From NCBI RefSeq assembly GCF_017743935.1, contig NZ_JAGHRE010000001.1, positions 167,683 to 231,682 on the forward strand: a stretch of DNA of 64,000 nucleotides, read 5' to 3'. The position numbers and the translations under genes are program-made. Below, in pieces: positions 30,960 to 41,180 of this stretch; positions within the stretch are counted from its first letter, which is position 1; the number at the start of each line of letters is the position of its first letter. Under the pieces are notes generated by a model. That model was not told the DNA's origin, did no database searches, and saw only the letters and a list, made by a program, of their open reading frames with translations. This DNA comes from Tropicibacter sp. R16_0 (GTDB lineage Bacteria > Pseudomonadota > Alphaproteobacteria > Rhodobacterales > Rhodobacteraceae).

Positions 30960-31029
30960 AATGTAGCTCAATGGGTAGAGCAATCGACTGTTAATCGATG
31001 TGTCGCGGGTTCGATCCCCGCCATTTGAA
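30957..31029 (+). tRNA. tRNA-Asn(GTT)-like sequence; 5' end overlaps 3' end of element 1 by 3 nt; C1:A72 mismatch, no encoded CCA
   Basis: D arm TAGCTCAATGGGTAGAGC, anticodon arm ATCGA-CTGTTAA-TCGAT (GTT), T arm GCGGG-TTCGATC-CCCGC, acceptor CCAAATG/CATTTGA. Functionality doubtful. Confidence 0.4.
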
Positions 31030-31036
31030 ACTGGTT

Positions 31037-31073
31037 GGTCGCAAGGCCGGTGGGTTCGAGTCCCACCATCACA
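31037..31073 (+). pseudogene. tRNA 3'-fragment-like element (GNRA hairpin GGTC-GCAA-GGCC + T arm GTGGG-TTCGAGT-CCCAC + 7 nt)
   Basis: Only a T-arm-containing half. Resembles the duplicated tRNA 3' ends left by site-specific integration. Confidence 0.35.
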
Positions 31074-31427
31074 TTGGATGCTATCCAAATCGGTCCGGGT
31101 GTTCCCCAGCAGGGGTGGCACCAGTGCTCTGTCGGGGAACCTCGTCAGGGCAGGGGCCTTCGCTGCTCTGGTCCTGGGCCGGAGGGCAGATGACGGTGCC
31201 GCCGGGTCGGTGCCCCGCAACGCCTCAAGGGCCGCGCGGCGCACAGGCTCTGCGCCCCTCTCTCTGACCGTCCCGCTGGGGGGCATGGCGCGGGGGATGC
31301 CCGGGCTTTTTCCGCCTTTGTTCAAAGGCCCAACACCTGTCGCCCTCCTGGGCGCAACCCACTGAAAATACTGAAAAGGAGGTCGCTTTTGCGACGACGA
31401 TAGAGCGAGACGAAAAGGAGAGATGAT

Positions 31428-32573
31428 ATGACACTGATGCAAACTCTGATCGACCGGGTAACCGGTCACCAACGGCTGACCCTGACCGAAAACCAGCGTA
31501 TGCTGGTGCTGCGGAACGGGATCATCCATGCGATCCTTGGCCCTGGCAAACACCGACTGCCGCGCCGGGATGTGCTGACCGAGCTGCATGATCTCGAGGC
31601 TCTCTTTTTCACATCACCCTATGAACGGGCGCTGCTGCTGAACCAGCCGGGTCTGGCTGCTGAACACCTGACTGAGTTTCGGGCAGGGGCGGACGAGGTT
31701 CTGGTGCTGCAGTGCGATGGCGTGCCGGTTTATGTGCTGGAACCCGAAGCCCGGGTGCTGGTCTGGGCCGCCGCTGGTCCGTGGACGGTCGAGCCTCACG
31801 CGCTGACCGACACGCTGGCTGCGCCCGCGGGTCTGGCGCAGCGGATCACGCGGGCCGGACTGCGGTCTGTCCTGATCCAGGTTCAGGTGCCCGAGCGGCA
31901 CGTGGGCATGCTGACGGTCGACGGGGTGCTGGTGGATCAACTGACCCCCGGCGCGCATGCCTTCTGGAACCTGGGCCGGTCGGTCGCAGTCAAACAGGTC
32001 GACATGCGCCAACGCACGCATGAGGTGACGGGGCAGGAAATCCTGACCAAGGACCGTGTCACACTCCGGGTCAACCTGAGCGCCGATTTCCGGGTCACCG
32101 ACCCGGCGCTGGCGGTGGGCGCGGTCAAGGATTTTGATCAGGCTCTGCACCGGTCGCTGCAACTGGCGTTCCGTAAAACGCTCGGCGCGCTGACGCTTGA
32201 CCGGCTGCTGGCCGATAAGGTCGGGGTCGATGCCGAGGCTGCCGATCAGGTGCGTCACCAGATGGCCGCCATCGGGATCGAGGTGGGCGACATCGCGCTC
32301 AAGGACGTGATCCTGCCGGGCGAGATGCGGGACATCCTGACCGCCGTGGTTGCGGCCGAAAAGGAGGCCGAAGCCAACGTGATCCGGCGGCGCGAGGAAA
32401 CCAACGCCACGCGCTCGCTGCTGAACACTGCCAAGGTGATGGCGGAGAACCCGGTGATGCTGCGCCTCAAAGAGCTTGAGGCGCTGGAAACCATCGCCGG
32501 GCGGGTCGAACGGCTGACGGTCCACAACGGCACCGAAGGCCTGATGAGCGACCTCGTCCGCCTGCGCGACTGA
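31428..32573 (+). CDS. SPFH/band-7 (stomatin/prohibitin-like) domain protein
   Basis: 381 aa. Central SPFH region then coiled-coil (AVVAAEKEAEANVIRRREETNATRSLLNTAKVMAENP). AAAAGGAGAGA RBS. Confidence 0.7.
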   Translation: MTLMQTLIDRVTGHQRLTLTENQRMLVLRNGIIHAILGPGKHRLPRRDVLTELHDLEALFFTSPYERALLLNQPGLAAEHLTEFRAGADEVLVLQCDGVPVYVLEPEARVLVWAAAGPWTVEPHALTDTLAAPAGLAQRITRAGLRSVLIQVQVPERHVGMLTVDGVLVDQLTPGAHAFWNLGRSVAVKQVDMRQRTHEVTGQEILTKDRVTLRVNLSADFRVTDPALAVGAVKDFDQALHRSLQLAFRKTLGALTLDRLLADKVGVDAEAADQVRHQMAAIGIEVGDIALKDVILPGEMRDILTAVVAAEKEAEANVIRRREETNATRSLLNTAKVMAENPVMLRLKELEALETIAGRVERLTVHNGTEGLMSDLVRLRD

Positions 32574-32616
32574 AAACAGGGGCCGATCCGGGACAACCCG
32601 GGTCGGCCTAATTGCG

Positions 32617-32937
32617 TCACGCTTCGTGCAGAACCGTCTCGAACCCTTCGAACTGGGGCGGGCCCATGATGGGGCTTTCGCCTTCGCGTTTGCCCGCGTT
32701 CTTATGGGCATCGCGGAACTGCTGGGACTTGGTCCAGGCCTCAAAGTCTTCGCGACTGTCCCAGATCACATGGCTGGAATAGAGCGTGTGCTCGTCGCTG
32801 GACGGGCCCTTTAGCAGGCGGAACTCGCGAAACCCCTTGAGTTCCTTCAAGCGGCTTTCCCGCGATGCCCAGATGGTTTCGAAATCCCCTTCTGACCCTG
32901 GACGGATCTTGAAGCGGTTCATGGCAATATAGCTCAT
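32617..32937 (-). CDS. antibiotic-biosynthesis-monooxygenase (ABM) domain protein
   Basis: 106 aa ferredoxin-like ABM fold pattern (MSYIAMNRFKIRPGSEGDFETIW...). Confidence 0.6.
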   Translation of the reverse strand: MSYIAMNRFKIRPGSEGDFETIWASRESRLKELKGFREFRLLKGPSSDEHTLYSSHVIWDSREDFEAWTKSQQFRDAHKNAGKREGESPIMGPPQFEGFETVLHEA

Positions 32938-33327
32938 CGGCTGTGCTTTCTTCTAACAGTGCAAGAGGGTTGGCGCACGGCGGGCCTATGCCCCTCACCG
33001 TTGGCTGCGGCGCATTAGACCGAAACACGCCCCCATGTGCAAGGTGCAAGACCTGCGTCACACCGCGCCGACATGGGGCAGCAAGGCACTCGAGGCGGCA
33101 GAACAAGATGCCAGGTCGAACGCGAGAGGGGGTACGCGGCAAGTGCGCTGATTTCGGTGACTTTTTTGGCGAAGGGCCCAGACCGGCAAAGCGCCCGAGC
33201 ACGTACTTGGACCCGGACGCCGCCGACAGAAGTTGCAAAAACCTATGCGTTGGCCCGCCTGCGCCCTAGGTTAAGAACAACAACAAAAAAATCGAACATA
33301 TGGTTGAGTTTGTATTGGAGTAACTTG

Positions 33328-35169
33328 ATGGGTTTTACGTCAGTATTCAGGGCCACGCTTTGCATGTGCGCAGTCTCCGCTGGTCCGATATTTGCTCAAG
33401 AGATCGCGGATACCATTTACAACGGCGGAACAATTCTGACGATCGACGATGCGCGGCCGACGGCCGAGGCCGTTGCGGTAAAGGATGGTATCATCATCGG
33501 GATCGGCTCGAACGCCGAGATGCTCGCGCATCAGGGCGAGGGTACGGATATTTTCGATCTGGATGGGCGTACGATGCTGCCGGGGTTCATCGACAGCCAC
33601 GGCCACACGGTGATGGGCGGCCTTCAGGCGCTATCAGCCAATCTGTTGGCACCGCCAGACGGCCCAAATAGCGATGTCGCGGCGATACAGGCCTCTTTGC
33701 GCGACTGGAAAGCCAACAATCAGGCGATCATCGATTCCGTCAATCTGATTGTGGGCTTTGGCTATGATGAAAGCCAATTGGCCGAACAGCGCCCGCCGAA
33801 CCGCTACGAACTCGATGCGGTCTCCGAGGACGTGCCAATCATAATCGTACATCAATCCGGGCATTTCGGTGTCGCGAACTCCCTGGCTTTGGAGATGGCT
33901 GGCATCGGCCCATCGTCGACGCCACCACCGGGCGGGATCATTCGGTTCGACGCAGATGGACAGCCAAATGGGGTGCTGGAAGAGAACGCCTTTTTTGCGG
34001 TGCTGGTCCTGCTTTTGGGCGACATCGGAGAAGAGGGCTTCAAAACTTTTGCCCGCGCTGGAAGCGAGCTTTGGGCAAGTTACGGGTACACCACTGGGCA
34101 AGAGGGGCGCAGTTCGGCCCTGATTGTTGAAACGCTCAAGGAAGTCGCCGCCGAGGGTGGTATTCCGATTGATGTTGTGGCCTACCCGGATGTCTTGGTC
34201 GACCGGGATTATATCGCGGCAAATGTGTCGATGGATTATGACAACGGCGTGCGCGTCGGTGGCGCGAAACTGACCATTGATGGCTCTCCTCAGGGGTTCA
34301 CCGCCTTGCGCGATCGGCCGTATTATGACCCGGTCGGGGACTATGCGCCCGGGTATGCCGGTTACGCGTCGGCTTCGATGGATCAGACCCGGGATGCCAT
34401 CAGCTGGGCGTATGAGAATGACATCCAGATTCTCACTCACGCCAACGGCGAGGGGGCGTCAGACATGCTGATTGCGGCAATAGGCGCTGCCCAGGCCGAG
34501 CATGGGCAGAAACCGACGCGGCCTGTGCTTATTCATGGTCAATTCCTGCGCGAGGATCAGGTCGACAGTTATCAGCAGCTCGGCGTGTTTCCGTCGCTCT
34601 TCCCCATGCACACTTTCTATTGGGGAGACTGGCATCGCGATCACACGGTGGGCCCAATCAATGGTGAAAACATCTCGCCGACGGGTTGGGTCCGACAACG
34701 CGGAATGATGTTCGGCACCCATCACGACGCCCCTGTGGCCTTCCCCAACAGTATGCGCGTGCTGGATGCAACAGTGACCCGCCGCACCCGGTCCGGCGAT
34801 ATTCTGGGGCCCAGCCAGCGCGTCGATGTGACAACCGCGCTAAAGGCGATGACGATCTGGCCCGCATGGCAGCATTTCGAAGAGACCCGGAAAGGCAGTA
34901 TCGAGGTCGGCAAGATCGCGGATTTCGTGATCTTGTCGGACGATCCGACAGCGGTAGATCCAGAAACGCTGGATCAACTGACCGTGTTGTCGACGATCAA
35001 GGACGATAGGGTCATTTATGAAGCTGCCGAAGGTATCAGAGAGGGGAGCTTGCGCACCTCACCCTTCATCAGCAATCCAATCGTCGCGCACCAATTCCTG
35101 CATGTGATCTATCAGGGAATGGAGGTGGAGCAGCCCTGGTATCCGCAGCTTCTGACGCGGTTCCGCTGA
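33328..35169 (+). CDS. amidohydrolase family protein (Amidohydro_3 / YtcJ-like), secreted
   Basis: ATG 33328 with TTGGAG RBS after an AT-rich promoter-like stretch. Signal peptide. Metal-ligand motifs (FIDSHGHT..., HANGEGA). ORF-track start 33037 is an upstream extension. Confidence 0.75.
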   Translation: MGFTSVFRATLCMCAVSAGPIFAQEIADTIYNGGTILTIDDARPTAEAVAVKDGIIIGIGSNAEMLAHQGEGTDIFDLDGRTMLPGFIDSHGHTVMGGLQALSANLLAPPDGPNSDVAAIQASLRDWKANNQAIIDSVNLIVGFGYDESQLAEQRPPNRYELDAVSEDVPIIIVHQSGHFGVANSLALEMAGIGPSSTPPPGGIIRFDADGQPNGVLEENAFFAVLVLLLGDIGEEGFKTFARAGSELWASYGYTTGQEGRSSALIVETLKEVAAEGGIPIDVVAYPDVLVDRDYIAANVSMDYDNGVRVGGAKLTIDGSPQGFTALRDRPYYDPVGDYAPGYAGYASASMDQTRDAISWAYENDIQILTHANGEGASDMLIAAIGAAQAEHGQKPTRPVLIHGQFLREDQVDSYQQLGVFPSLFPMHTFYWGDWHRDHTVGPINGENISPTGWVRQRGMMFGTHHDAPVAFPNSMRVLDATVTRRTRSGDILGPSQRVDVTTALKAMTIWPAWQHFEETRKGSIEVGKIADFVILSDDPTAVDPETLDQLTVLSTIKDDRVIYEAAEGIREGSLRTSPFISNPIVAHQFLHVIYQGMEVEQPWYPQLLTRFR

Positions 35170-35341
35170 TAGGATCTGCTTAAGCTGTCTCGCAGCAGGT
35201 GCATTTGCTGATACCGGGTTCGACCCGGCCACCCGTCGTTGACGCCCTTTGCGGGGGCTCGCGGCCTTCTCCGGTTCAGTTGGTGCAGGGGCCATGAGCC
35301 AAGGCCCGTCTAGTGGCTGTGCTTTGACGGAACCGATCAGC

Positions 35342-35710
35342 TCAGACAGCGCAGTCCTGCAATATGCTGAGTGGGACGATTTCGAGGGCGCGTTTGTGGG
35401 TGGCCTCCAACGACACATTGGGAGCACAGCCCTCGTCGTGGGCCTGCATGAAACGCGCCGCGCACAAGCACCAGCTGTCTCCGGGTTTCAGCCCTGCAAA
35501 GTTGAACTCGGGCCGGGGGGTGCTCAGGTCGTTGCCAACATATTTGGAATAGGCCAGAAATTCGGCCGTCATCACCGCGCAGACGGTATGGCTGCCGTGA
35601 TCGGCGGCGCATGTGTTGCAATGGCCGTCGCGAAAAAACCCGGTCACCGGGTCCATAGAGCAGGGCTCCAGCGCCCCGCCCAGTACGTTCACACTCTCGT
35701 CGCGTTCCAT
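35342..35710 (-). CDS. DUF2237-like cysteine-rich small protein
   Basis: 122 aa with GFFRDGHCNTCAADHGSHTVCA pattern recalled as DUF2237. No experimental function known. Confidence 0.45.
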   Translation of the reverse strand: MERDESVNVLGGALEPCSMDPVTGFFRDGHCNTCAADHGSHTVCAVMTAEFLAYSKYVGNDLSTPRPEFNFAGLKPGDSWCLCAARFMQAHDEGCAPNVSLEATHKRALEIVPLSILQDCAV

Positions 35711-35719
35711 GGCAGCAGC

Positions 35720-36898
35720 TTACAGGCTTTGGGCGATCTTGCGGAACATTTCTATGTTCTGATTGCTCACACCCTTTTCGCGGAATTTTCGGTCTGCGCC
35801 CGTGGTTGTGATCAACACGCCACGGGATTGGTCGAAGTAGAGGTATTGCCCATAGACGCCACGGCCCATGAACTCACCCTCATGCGCGCCCACCGGGATC
35901 CACCACTGATAGCCATAGCCGATCTTGCCGGGTGCCGTGGGGGCCGAGGCTGCGGTGGATTCGGCGATCCAATCTGCGGGCACGACTTGCTTTCCGCCGT
36001 ATGTGCCATCCTGCAGGATCATCTGGCCAAAGCGCGCAAAGTCCCGCGTGGTGAAGTTCAGTCCGCCCAGAACAAAGGCCACGCCCGCGCCGTCGGTGAT
36101 GTAATACCCATCCCGTTCCAGCCCCAGCGGCGCCAGGATCTTTTCGCTCAAGAGCTCGGAGACAGAGCGCCCGGTGGCCCCGCGGATCACCATGCCGATC
36201 ACGTGGGTGTCGATCGAAACATATTGCCAGGTGTCACCCGGAGGCGCGAAACTGTCTTTGAGCGAAGCCGCGAAATCATCCAGCTCGCCGCCAAGGGCCA
36301 CGACACGGCCCATGCGGTTGATGTCTGAATTGTAGTCCAGATAATCCTCGTCAAAGACCACACCGCTCGCCATGTTCAACACATTGCGGATGGTTGCATG
36401 CTCATAGGCGCTGCCCTGCAGCTCGGGCGCGTATTTGGTGACCTTGTCGTCCAGAGAGGCAATCTCTCCTTCCGCGATCAACACCCCAAAGAGCGCCGAC
36501 AGATAGCTTTTGGCGATCGACCACGAAATGCGGCGGTCATCGGCGCCGGTGCCCAGGAAATACTGCTCATAACGGATCTGGCCGTCTTGCATGATCAGCA
36601 AGGAGGTTACGGCGCGATCCTCGATCCACTGATCCGCCCCGTCGGGCAGGTTGTATTCCGCGCCATACCCCAACTCTGATGTCGGACCATCCCCGCGTGG
36701 CAGGGTGGTGGTCAGAAATGCGGCGTTCATGTTTGAGAAGTTGTTTACGATCTTCTCTTCGGAAAACAGCGAGTTGACGGCCAGGAGGCGCGTGATCTCT
36801 TCTCGTTTCCAGACGCCTACGACAACTGCCGCAAGGATCAACGCCAGCAGAACCCGACCAAGCCATTTCCCGAAAGTGCGCATGCAATAAACCTCCAC
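35720..36898 (-). CDS. serine hydrolase, beta-lactamase-like family, N-terminal membrane anchor
   Basis: 392 aa. TM anchor then SWSIAKS (S-x-x-K) active-site motif. Confidence 0.7.
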   Translation of the reverse strand: MEVYCMRTFGKWLGRVLLALILAAVVVGVWKREEITRLLAVNSLFSEEKIVNNFSNMNAAFLTTTLPRGDGPTSELGYGAEYNLPDGADQWIEDRAVTSLLIMQDGQIRYEQYFLGTGADDRRISWSIAKSYLSALFGVLIAEGEIASLDDKVTKYAPELQGSAYEHATIRNVLNMASGVVFDEDYLDYNSDINRMGRVVALGGELDDFAASLKDSFAPPGDTWQYVSIDTHVIGMVIRGATGRSVSELLSEKILAPLGLERDGYYITDGAGVAFVLGGLNFTTRDFARFGQMILQDGTYGGKQVVPADWIAESTAASAPTAPGKIGYGYQWWIPVGAHEGEFMGRGVYGQYLYFDQSRGVLITTTGADRKFREKGVSNQNIEMFRKIAQSL

Positions 36899-36988
36899 GA
36901 TTTGAAGGCATCCTGAGGGCGCGCGCGACTAGGTGCAACGGGAACGTCACGGAAACGCGGGCCAGTTGGAGCAATCGAACTCGAAGAG

Positions 36989-37073
36989 CTCCCGCCCGTC
37001 GTCAATGCCCCTTGCGGGACATCTCCTCCCGTTGGGCCAGGCTCAGGCGGGCTTTGCCCGCCTGAGCCTGGCC
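36989..37073. repeat. modular intergenic element copy A: box1 CTCCCGCCCGTCGTCAAT - hairpin - box2 CTCCTCCCGTTGGGCC - 18-bp perfect palindrome
   Basis: Both boxes recur exactly at 42446-42495. Intervening and flanking hairpins differ in sequence but keep hairpin potential. Palindrome is GGCCAGGCTCAGGCGGGC-TTT-GCCCGCCTGAGCCTGGCC. Confidence 0.5.
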
Positions 37074-37139
37074 CCCCCTTCTACGTGCCGTCCGCAGGAC
37101 GCAAGGCCGTCAGGCCGCGCAGGGGACGGGGCATCTTGA

Positions 37140-37829
37140 TCAGTTGAAGCGATCCATGAGCTTTTGCAGCGGCGAGCGAGTGTCATCGGTGGTTTGAGTT
37201 TCGGCTTCTTTTGGCTTTGCCGTCGTCTCGGCCTTGGCGGCGGTTGATTTGGACGACCGTGGCGGCGCCGTTCGCAAGGCCACAGCATTCATGAACTTGC
37301 CCCCGTCGCCCTGCGCCAGATGCGCCGCTCCGTCGGACACGCCGCGCAGCACATTGTCCAGCCAGGTTTCATCCGCCTTGGCAAAATCATGCAGCACATA
37401 GCCCGAAACCAGCTCCTTGCGGCCCGGATGCCCAATGCCCAGGCGGACCCGGTCATATGCCGCTCCGATGTGATCATGGATCGACCGCAGGCCGTTGTGT
37501 CCTGCATGGCCGCCCCCTGCCTTCACGCGAACCTTGCCCGGCGCAAGGTCGAGTTCATCGTGCAGCACGGTCACGTCGGTGCTGTCCAGCTTGTAGAACC
37601 GCATCGCCTCACCCACCGACTGGCCTGATCGGTTCATGAAGGTCTCGGGCTTGAGAAGCAGCACCTTTTCACTGCCCAATCGACCCTCCGAGATCTGGCC
37701 CTGAAACTTGCTTTTCCACGGTCCGAACCCATGGTCGCGTGCAATCTCGTCCAACGCCATAAAGCCGATGTTGTGCCGGTTACGGGCATATTTGCCACCG
37801 GGATTGCCCAACCCGACAAAAAGTTTCAT
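37140..37829 (-). CDS. pth: peptidyl-tRNA hydrolase (with Ala/Lys-rich C-terminal tail)
   Basis: [30 protein letters not shown]...HNGLRSI is the canonical Pth signature. Confidence 0.9.
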   Translation of the reverse strand: MKLFVGLGNPGGKYARNRHNIGFMALDEIARDHGFGPWKSKFQGQISEGRLGSEKVLLLKPETFMNRSGQSVGEAMRFYKLDSTDVTVLHDELDLAPGKVRVKAGGGHAGHNGLRSIHDHIGAAYDRVRLGIGHPGRKELVSGYVLHDFAKADETWLDNVLRGVSDGAAHLAQGDGGKFMNAVALRTAPPRSSKSTAAKAETTAKPKEAETQTTDDTRSPLQKLMDRFN

Positions 37830-38189
37830 GGCGTGCCTCTCGGGTTTGTCACAGTCTCGAGGCCTAGATGCACCGAAATCCGCGAAAAATCCAGCAGGAG
37901 CGGGCTGGAAAATTGCCCAGACGGCGCCGTTGTCTCATCGGATGCAAGGCAGGATCGAAAGCCGTGGGTCGGACGAGGGGCGCTGAGGGTTGCCCCGGCC
38001 AAGGCCGCCCAGGGAAGCGTCGCGTGCGGGGTCATCTGAGCGACTATGAGACATTCGGGAGTGTCTGGGCGAAGGCTAGGATCCTGTCGCCGCTTTGAGC
38101 CCCGCAAAACTATGAATTGTCTGACAAGCTTTTGAAGTGATTCCGCTGAATATCTAGCAACCAGTGAACCTCCGGGACACCACCCACGC

Positions 38190-38220
38190 CAAAAGCTCTC
38201 CCGCCAGGCCTGACGGGAGC
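38190..38220 (-). terminator. putative rho-independent terminator of the DUF3604 gene
   Basis: On the minus strand CTCCCG-TCAGGCCTGG-CGGGAG followed by AGCTTTT directly after the stop at 38237. Confidence 0.45.
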
Positions 38221-38236
38221 ACTCCTGGCGAAAAGC

Positions 38237-40153
38237 TCATCCCTTGGGCGTGTACCAGATGGGGGATGTATAGGCGCGTTCGGTGGTGACCATCGGGACG
38301 GTTTCGTCCATCGTGACGCCGAACCGTTTCGCCTCATACGCCGTCCAGCGCGGGGTTGGGATCTCGATCACACGGACATAGTAGAACGCGCGCACATCCG
38401 GGTCGAAATCCGGGTCCTGCCAATAGGTGATCAGCTCAGGCGCGCCGATGGTGTTGGTCCAGGTCGCATTCGCCACGTCCACCGTATTGCCCACCGGTGG
38501 CAATTTTCCATCCGCTCCGGGCGCGCGCTCCCCGCTCCAGGCGACATCATAGACTTTTTCGCCACGGCTGCCGTCCGCATTCAGCCAACCCTTGATCACC
38601 TGCACCCGGTCCAGGTTGCCGCTGAACGGGTCCTTGAGTGCTGCAATCAGGAAATTTGGCGCCCCGTCACCAGTCCGCGCAGGCAGATCAGCACCCATCG
38701 GCACCCCTTTGGCATATCCCAGGTCAGCAGGCAGCCGCGACAAGGCATCCTCTGCGCCAAAGGTCCAGCCGCCGAAGAACCGAACCATGATCCGCGAACC
38801 GGTGGTGCCATACACCTCGCGCCGCTCCAGCGCATCGAATATGGCGGCACGGGTATTCTCGGTCGCCCAAACCGCCGCATAGCCACCGGATGCCTGCTGC
38901 CATCCGTAGATCGAGAACATCGGGTCCGGCGCCTCGATCACCAGATGCTCCCACCGGTTGGGCTCGGGTTCCACGCCCGAATGCTTGCCAAAAAAGTTGT
39001 CCTCTTCCACTGCGGCCATGCCAGTATGCGCATCGGTCGAGCCGATTTGGCCAACTTTGTATGGATTGATGCCCAGCTGCTCTTCCAGCAGAAGCCCGGT
39101 TTTATAGGCCTCCCGCGAATACTCATACTGAAGCATGTCCTTGGTCTTGGCCTCGGTGCCGTTCAGGTTCGACGCATCCCAGGTGTCGAAATCGGCGAAC
39201 TCGTCGTCGGGGCTCAGGAAAGGATGCGCCTCGCTGTCGCCCTTGATCTGGGTGGTCTCGATCACCGGCTCGAACCGGGCGCGCAACCGCGCGTTTTCCT
39301 CGGTCAGTGGGGTTTCGTCAAAGTTCGACACCGAAAACAGCCGCCCGTTGGACAGGTTGCCATTGTGTGGAATGGCGAGCACGTCACCACCGGTGCGTTC
39401 TTCATAGTCAGCCAGATGGCGCCACAGATCCTCGGGGTTCTTGCTGTCGAATTGCGAAAACGGCACCACTGCGTTGGCCATCAATGCATCATCGCGGAAG
39501 ATCACGTTGCGGTGGATGTTGTCGCCGCCCTCTGATGTCCACTCATAGCCGATGAGGGCGCTGAAGCGGCCCGGATCGTTATATTGGTCCGCCAGAGCCG
39601 TGTAGTTCTGCCAAGCCTTCTTGGTGGCCTTGGGGTTGTCGATTGGCGGCGTGTCCGTCGACAGCGAGGCGACAATTTCCATCGCGGTGGCAAAAACCCG
39701 GTCGGTGTCGCCTGATGTCAACTCGTCATACCAGGTCTTGCCTTGCGGCGTTGACAGCACTTCGGGATCGCCACCCAGAAGTTGTGGCATCAAACCGTAC
39801 ATCTCGGCGTGATCGGACACGACCAGCCAGTCCAGCGGCCGGCCGAGTTTGGCCTGCAGGCCATGGGTGGTGGTGATCTCTTCTCCTCTGGCAAAGCGGA
39901 AGGCATCTTCTTGACTGACGGTGGTCATGGTGCCTGCATCCACGGACACCTCGGTGTGAAGATGGGTGTCGCCCCAAAGGAGTTTGGTCGGGAAGTTGCG
40001 CCCGGCATGAGGCGAGAAATGATCGGTCACGAATTTCTGGGACACGTCATCCTTGTCCGGCAGCATGTCCTGAACTTGGCCAAAGATCGGTGTGCCAAAT
40101 GCAATCATTGCAACAACAGAAGTGGCGCAGGTGCGCTTCAAAGTGCTTTTCAT
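38237..40153 (-). CDS. secreted DUF3604-domain protein
   Basis: ~640 aa with signal peptide (MKSTLKRTCATSVVAMIAFGTPIFG). Length and conserved C-terminus (IWYTP) fit the DUF3604 family. Sits between rplY and pth. Confidence 0.55.
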   Translation of the reverse strand: MKSTLKRTCATSVVAMIAFGTPIFGQVQDMLPDKDDVSQKFVTDHFSPHAGRNFPTKLLWGDTHLHTEVSVDAGTMTTVSQEDAFRFARGEEITTTHGLQAKLGRPLDWLVVSDHAEMYGLMPQLLGGDPEVLSTPQGKTWYDELTSGDTDRVFATAMEIVASLSTDTPPIDNPKATKKAWQNYTALADQYNDPGRFSALIGYEWTSEGGDNIHRNVIFRDDALMANAVVPFSQFDSKNPEDLWRHLADYEERTGGDVLAIPHNGNLSNGRLFSVSNFDETPLTEENARLRARFEPVIETTQIKGDSEAHPFLSPDDEFADFDTWDASNLNGTEAKTKDMLQYEYSREAYKTGLLLEEQLGINPYKVGQIGSTDAHTGMAAVEEDNFFGKHSGVEPEPNRWEHLVIEAPDPMFSIYGWQQASGGYAAVWATENTRAAIFDALERREVYGTTGSRIMVRFFGGWTFGAEDALSRLPADLGYAKGVPMGADLPARTGDGAPNFLIAALKDPFSGNLDRVQVIKGWLNADGSRGEKVYDVAWSGERAPGADGKLPPVGNTVDVANATWTNTIGAPELITYWQDPDFDPDVRAFYYVRVIEIPTPRWTAYEAKRFGVTMDETVPMVTTERAYTSPIWYTPKG

Positions 40154-40338
40154 TATGTCTCTCCCACTCGGCAAAAGGGCCGCAGTTCGATCCCTAAAAG
40201 TATTCGAATCAATGAAAGTGTAGCAGCAGCTGGCGGAAAACCGAAAAAGACGACGAACCCAAAAAAGAACACCCCCCGACCAACGGTCGAGGGGTGCGTA
40301 ACTCAGCCTTGCCCCGAAAGGGACAATCGGCGCAGATC

Positions 40339-40983
40339 TTATTCTTCTGCGGCTGCTTCGGTTTCGGCCTCTTCGCCTTCACCTTCGCCGTCTTCGTCAT
40401 CCGACGATGCCAGACCCGACGGTGCCGAGATGTTGGCGATCACGAAGTCGCGGTCGATGGTCGGCTTGGCGCCGCCCGGCAGGTCGACGGACGAAATGGT
40501 GACAACGTCGCCGATGGCCAGACCGGTCAGATCAACGGTGATCTTCTCGGGGATCTCGCCTGCGGTGACCATCAGTTCAACTTCGGGACGCACAACGGTC
40601 AGCACACCGCCGCGCTTGATGCCGGGTGCTTCGTCTTCGTTCACGAACTCAACAGGAACAAACAGGTTGATGCGGGTGGTGCGGCGCAGGCGCAACAGGT
40701 CGAAGTGGGTCGGCAGGTCTTTGACCACGTCACGCTGAACGTCACGGCAGATGACGCGGACGTCTTCCTGGCCTTCGACTTTCAGGTTGAACAGGGTCGA
40801 CTTGAACCGGCCTGCTTTCAGTTTCTTCAACAGAACGTTGAAGGGGATCTGGATTGCCAGCGGATCTGCGTCGCCGCCGAAAACAACACCCGGAACCATG
40901 CCAGCGCGACGCGCTGCGCGAGCGGCGCCCTTGCCTGTCCCCGCACGTTCCTGGCACTCAAGATCAGGAATCTGACCAGCCAT
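40339..40983 (-). CDS. rplY: 50S ribosomal protein L25 / general stress protein Ctc
   Basis: ATG 40983 with GGAGAA RBS. L25/Ctc beta-barrel region and acidic tail ([22 protein letters not shown]). ORF-track start 41124 is an extension. Confidence 0.85.
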   Translation of the reverse strand: MAGQIPDLECQERAGTGKGAARAARRAGMVPGVVFGGDADPLAIQIPFNVLLKKLKAGRFKSTLFNLKVEGQEDVRVICRDVQRDVVKDLPTHFDLLRLRRTTRINLFVPVEFVNEDEAPGIKRGGVLTVVRPEVELMVTAGEIPEKITVDLTGLAIGDVVTISSVDLPGGAKPTIDRDFVIANISAPSGLASSDDEDGEGEGEEAETEAAAEE

Positions 40984-41180
40984 TTGAATTCTCCATAAGT
41001 TAGGGCGGGAATCCTCCAAGGCTGTATTCCCGCGTGAAGCCGCGCTCATAGACCAGATCGGGGGAATTGAAAAGGGCTGAATCGCAGGCCCGGCACGCAG
41101 GATCAAAGTCCGCCCCAAAAGCAAAGGCGCGCGCGCACCCTGTTACACCGGTTTTCAGCGCAAGGGAAAGGGCAGAGACA

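Noticed and set aside
30887-31430. Possibility that the tRNA-like sequences plus downstream 350 nt form an alphaproteobacterial two-piece (permuted) tmRNA
   Set aside because: No tag reading frame of the ANDN...AA type was found and no acceptor 3' end terminates in CCA. The T-arm-containing pieces look like ordinary tRNA remnants.
30786-31589. 267-aa minus-strand ORF covering the tRNA-like array
   Set aside because: Overlaps structured tRNA-like sequences, has no RBS, and is Pro/Gly/Arg-rich. It is better explained as non-coding.
32741-33238. 165-aa minus ORF in the ABM/amidohydrolase spacer
   Set aside because: It extends antisense across the ABM gene start, has no RBS, and has low-complexity composition.
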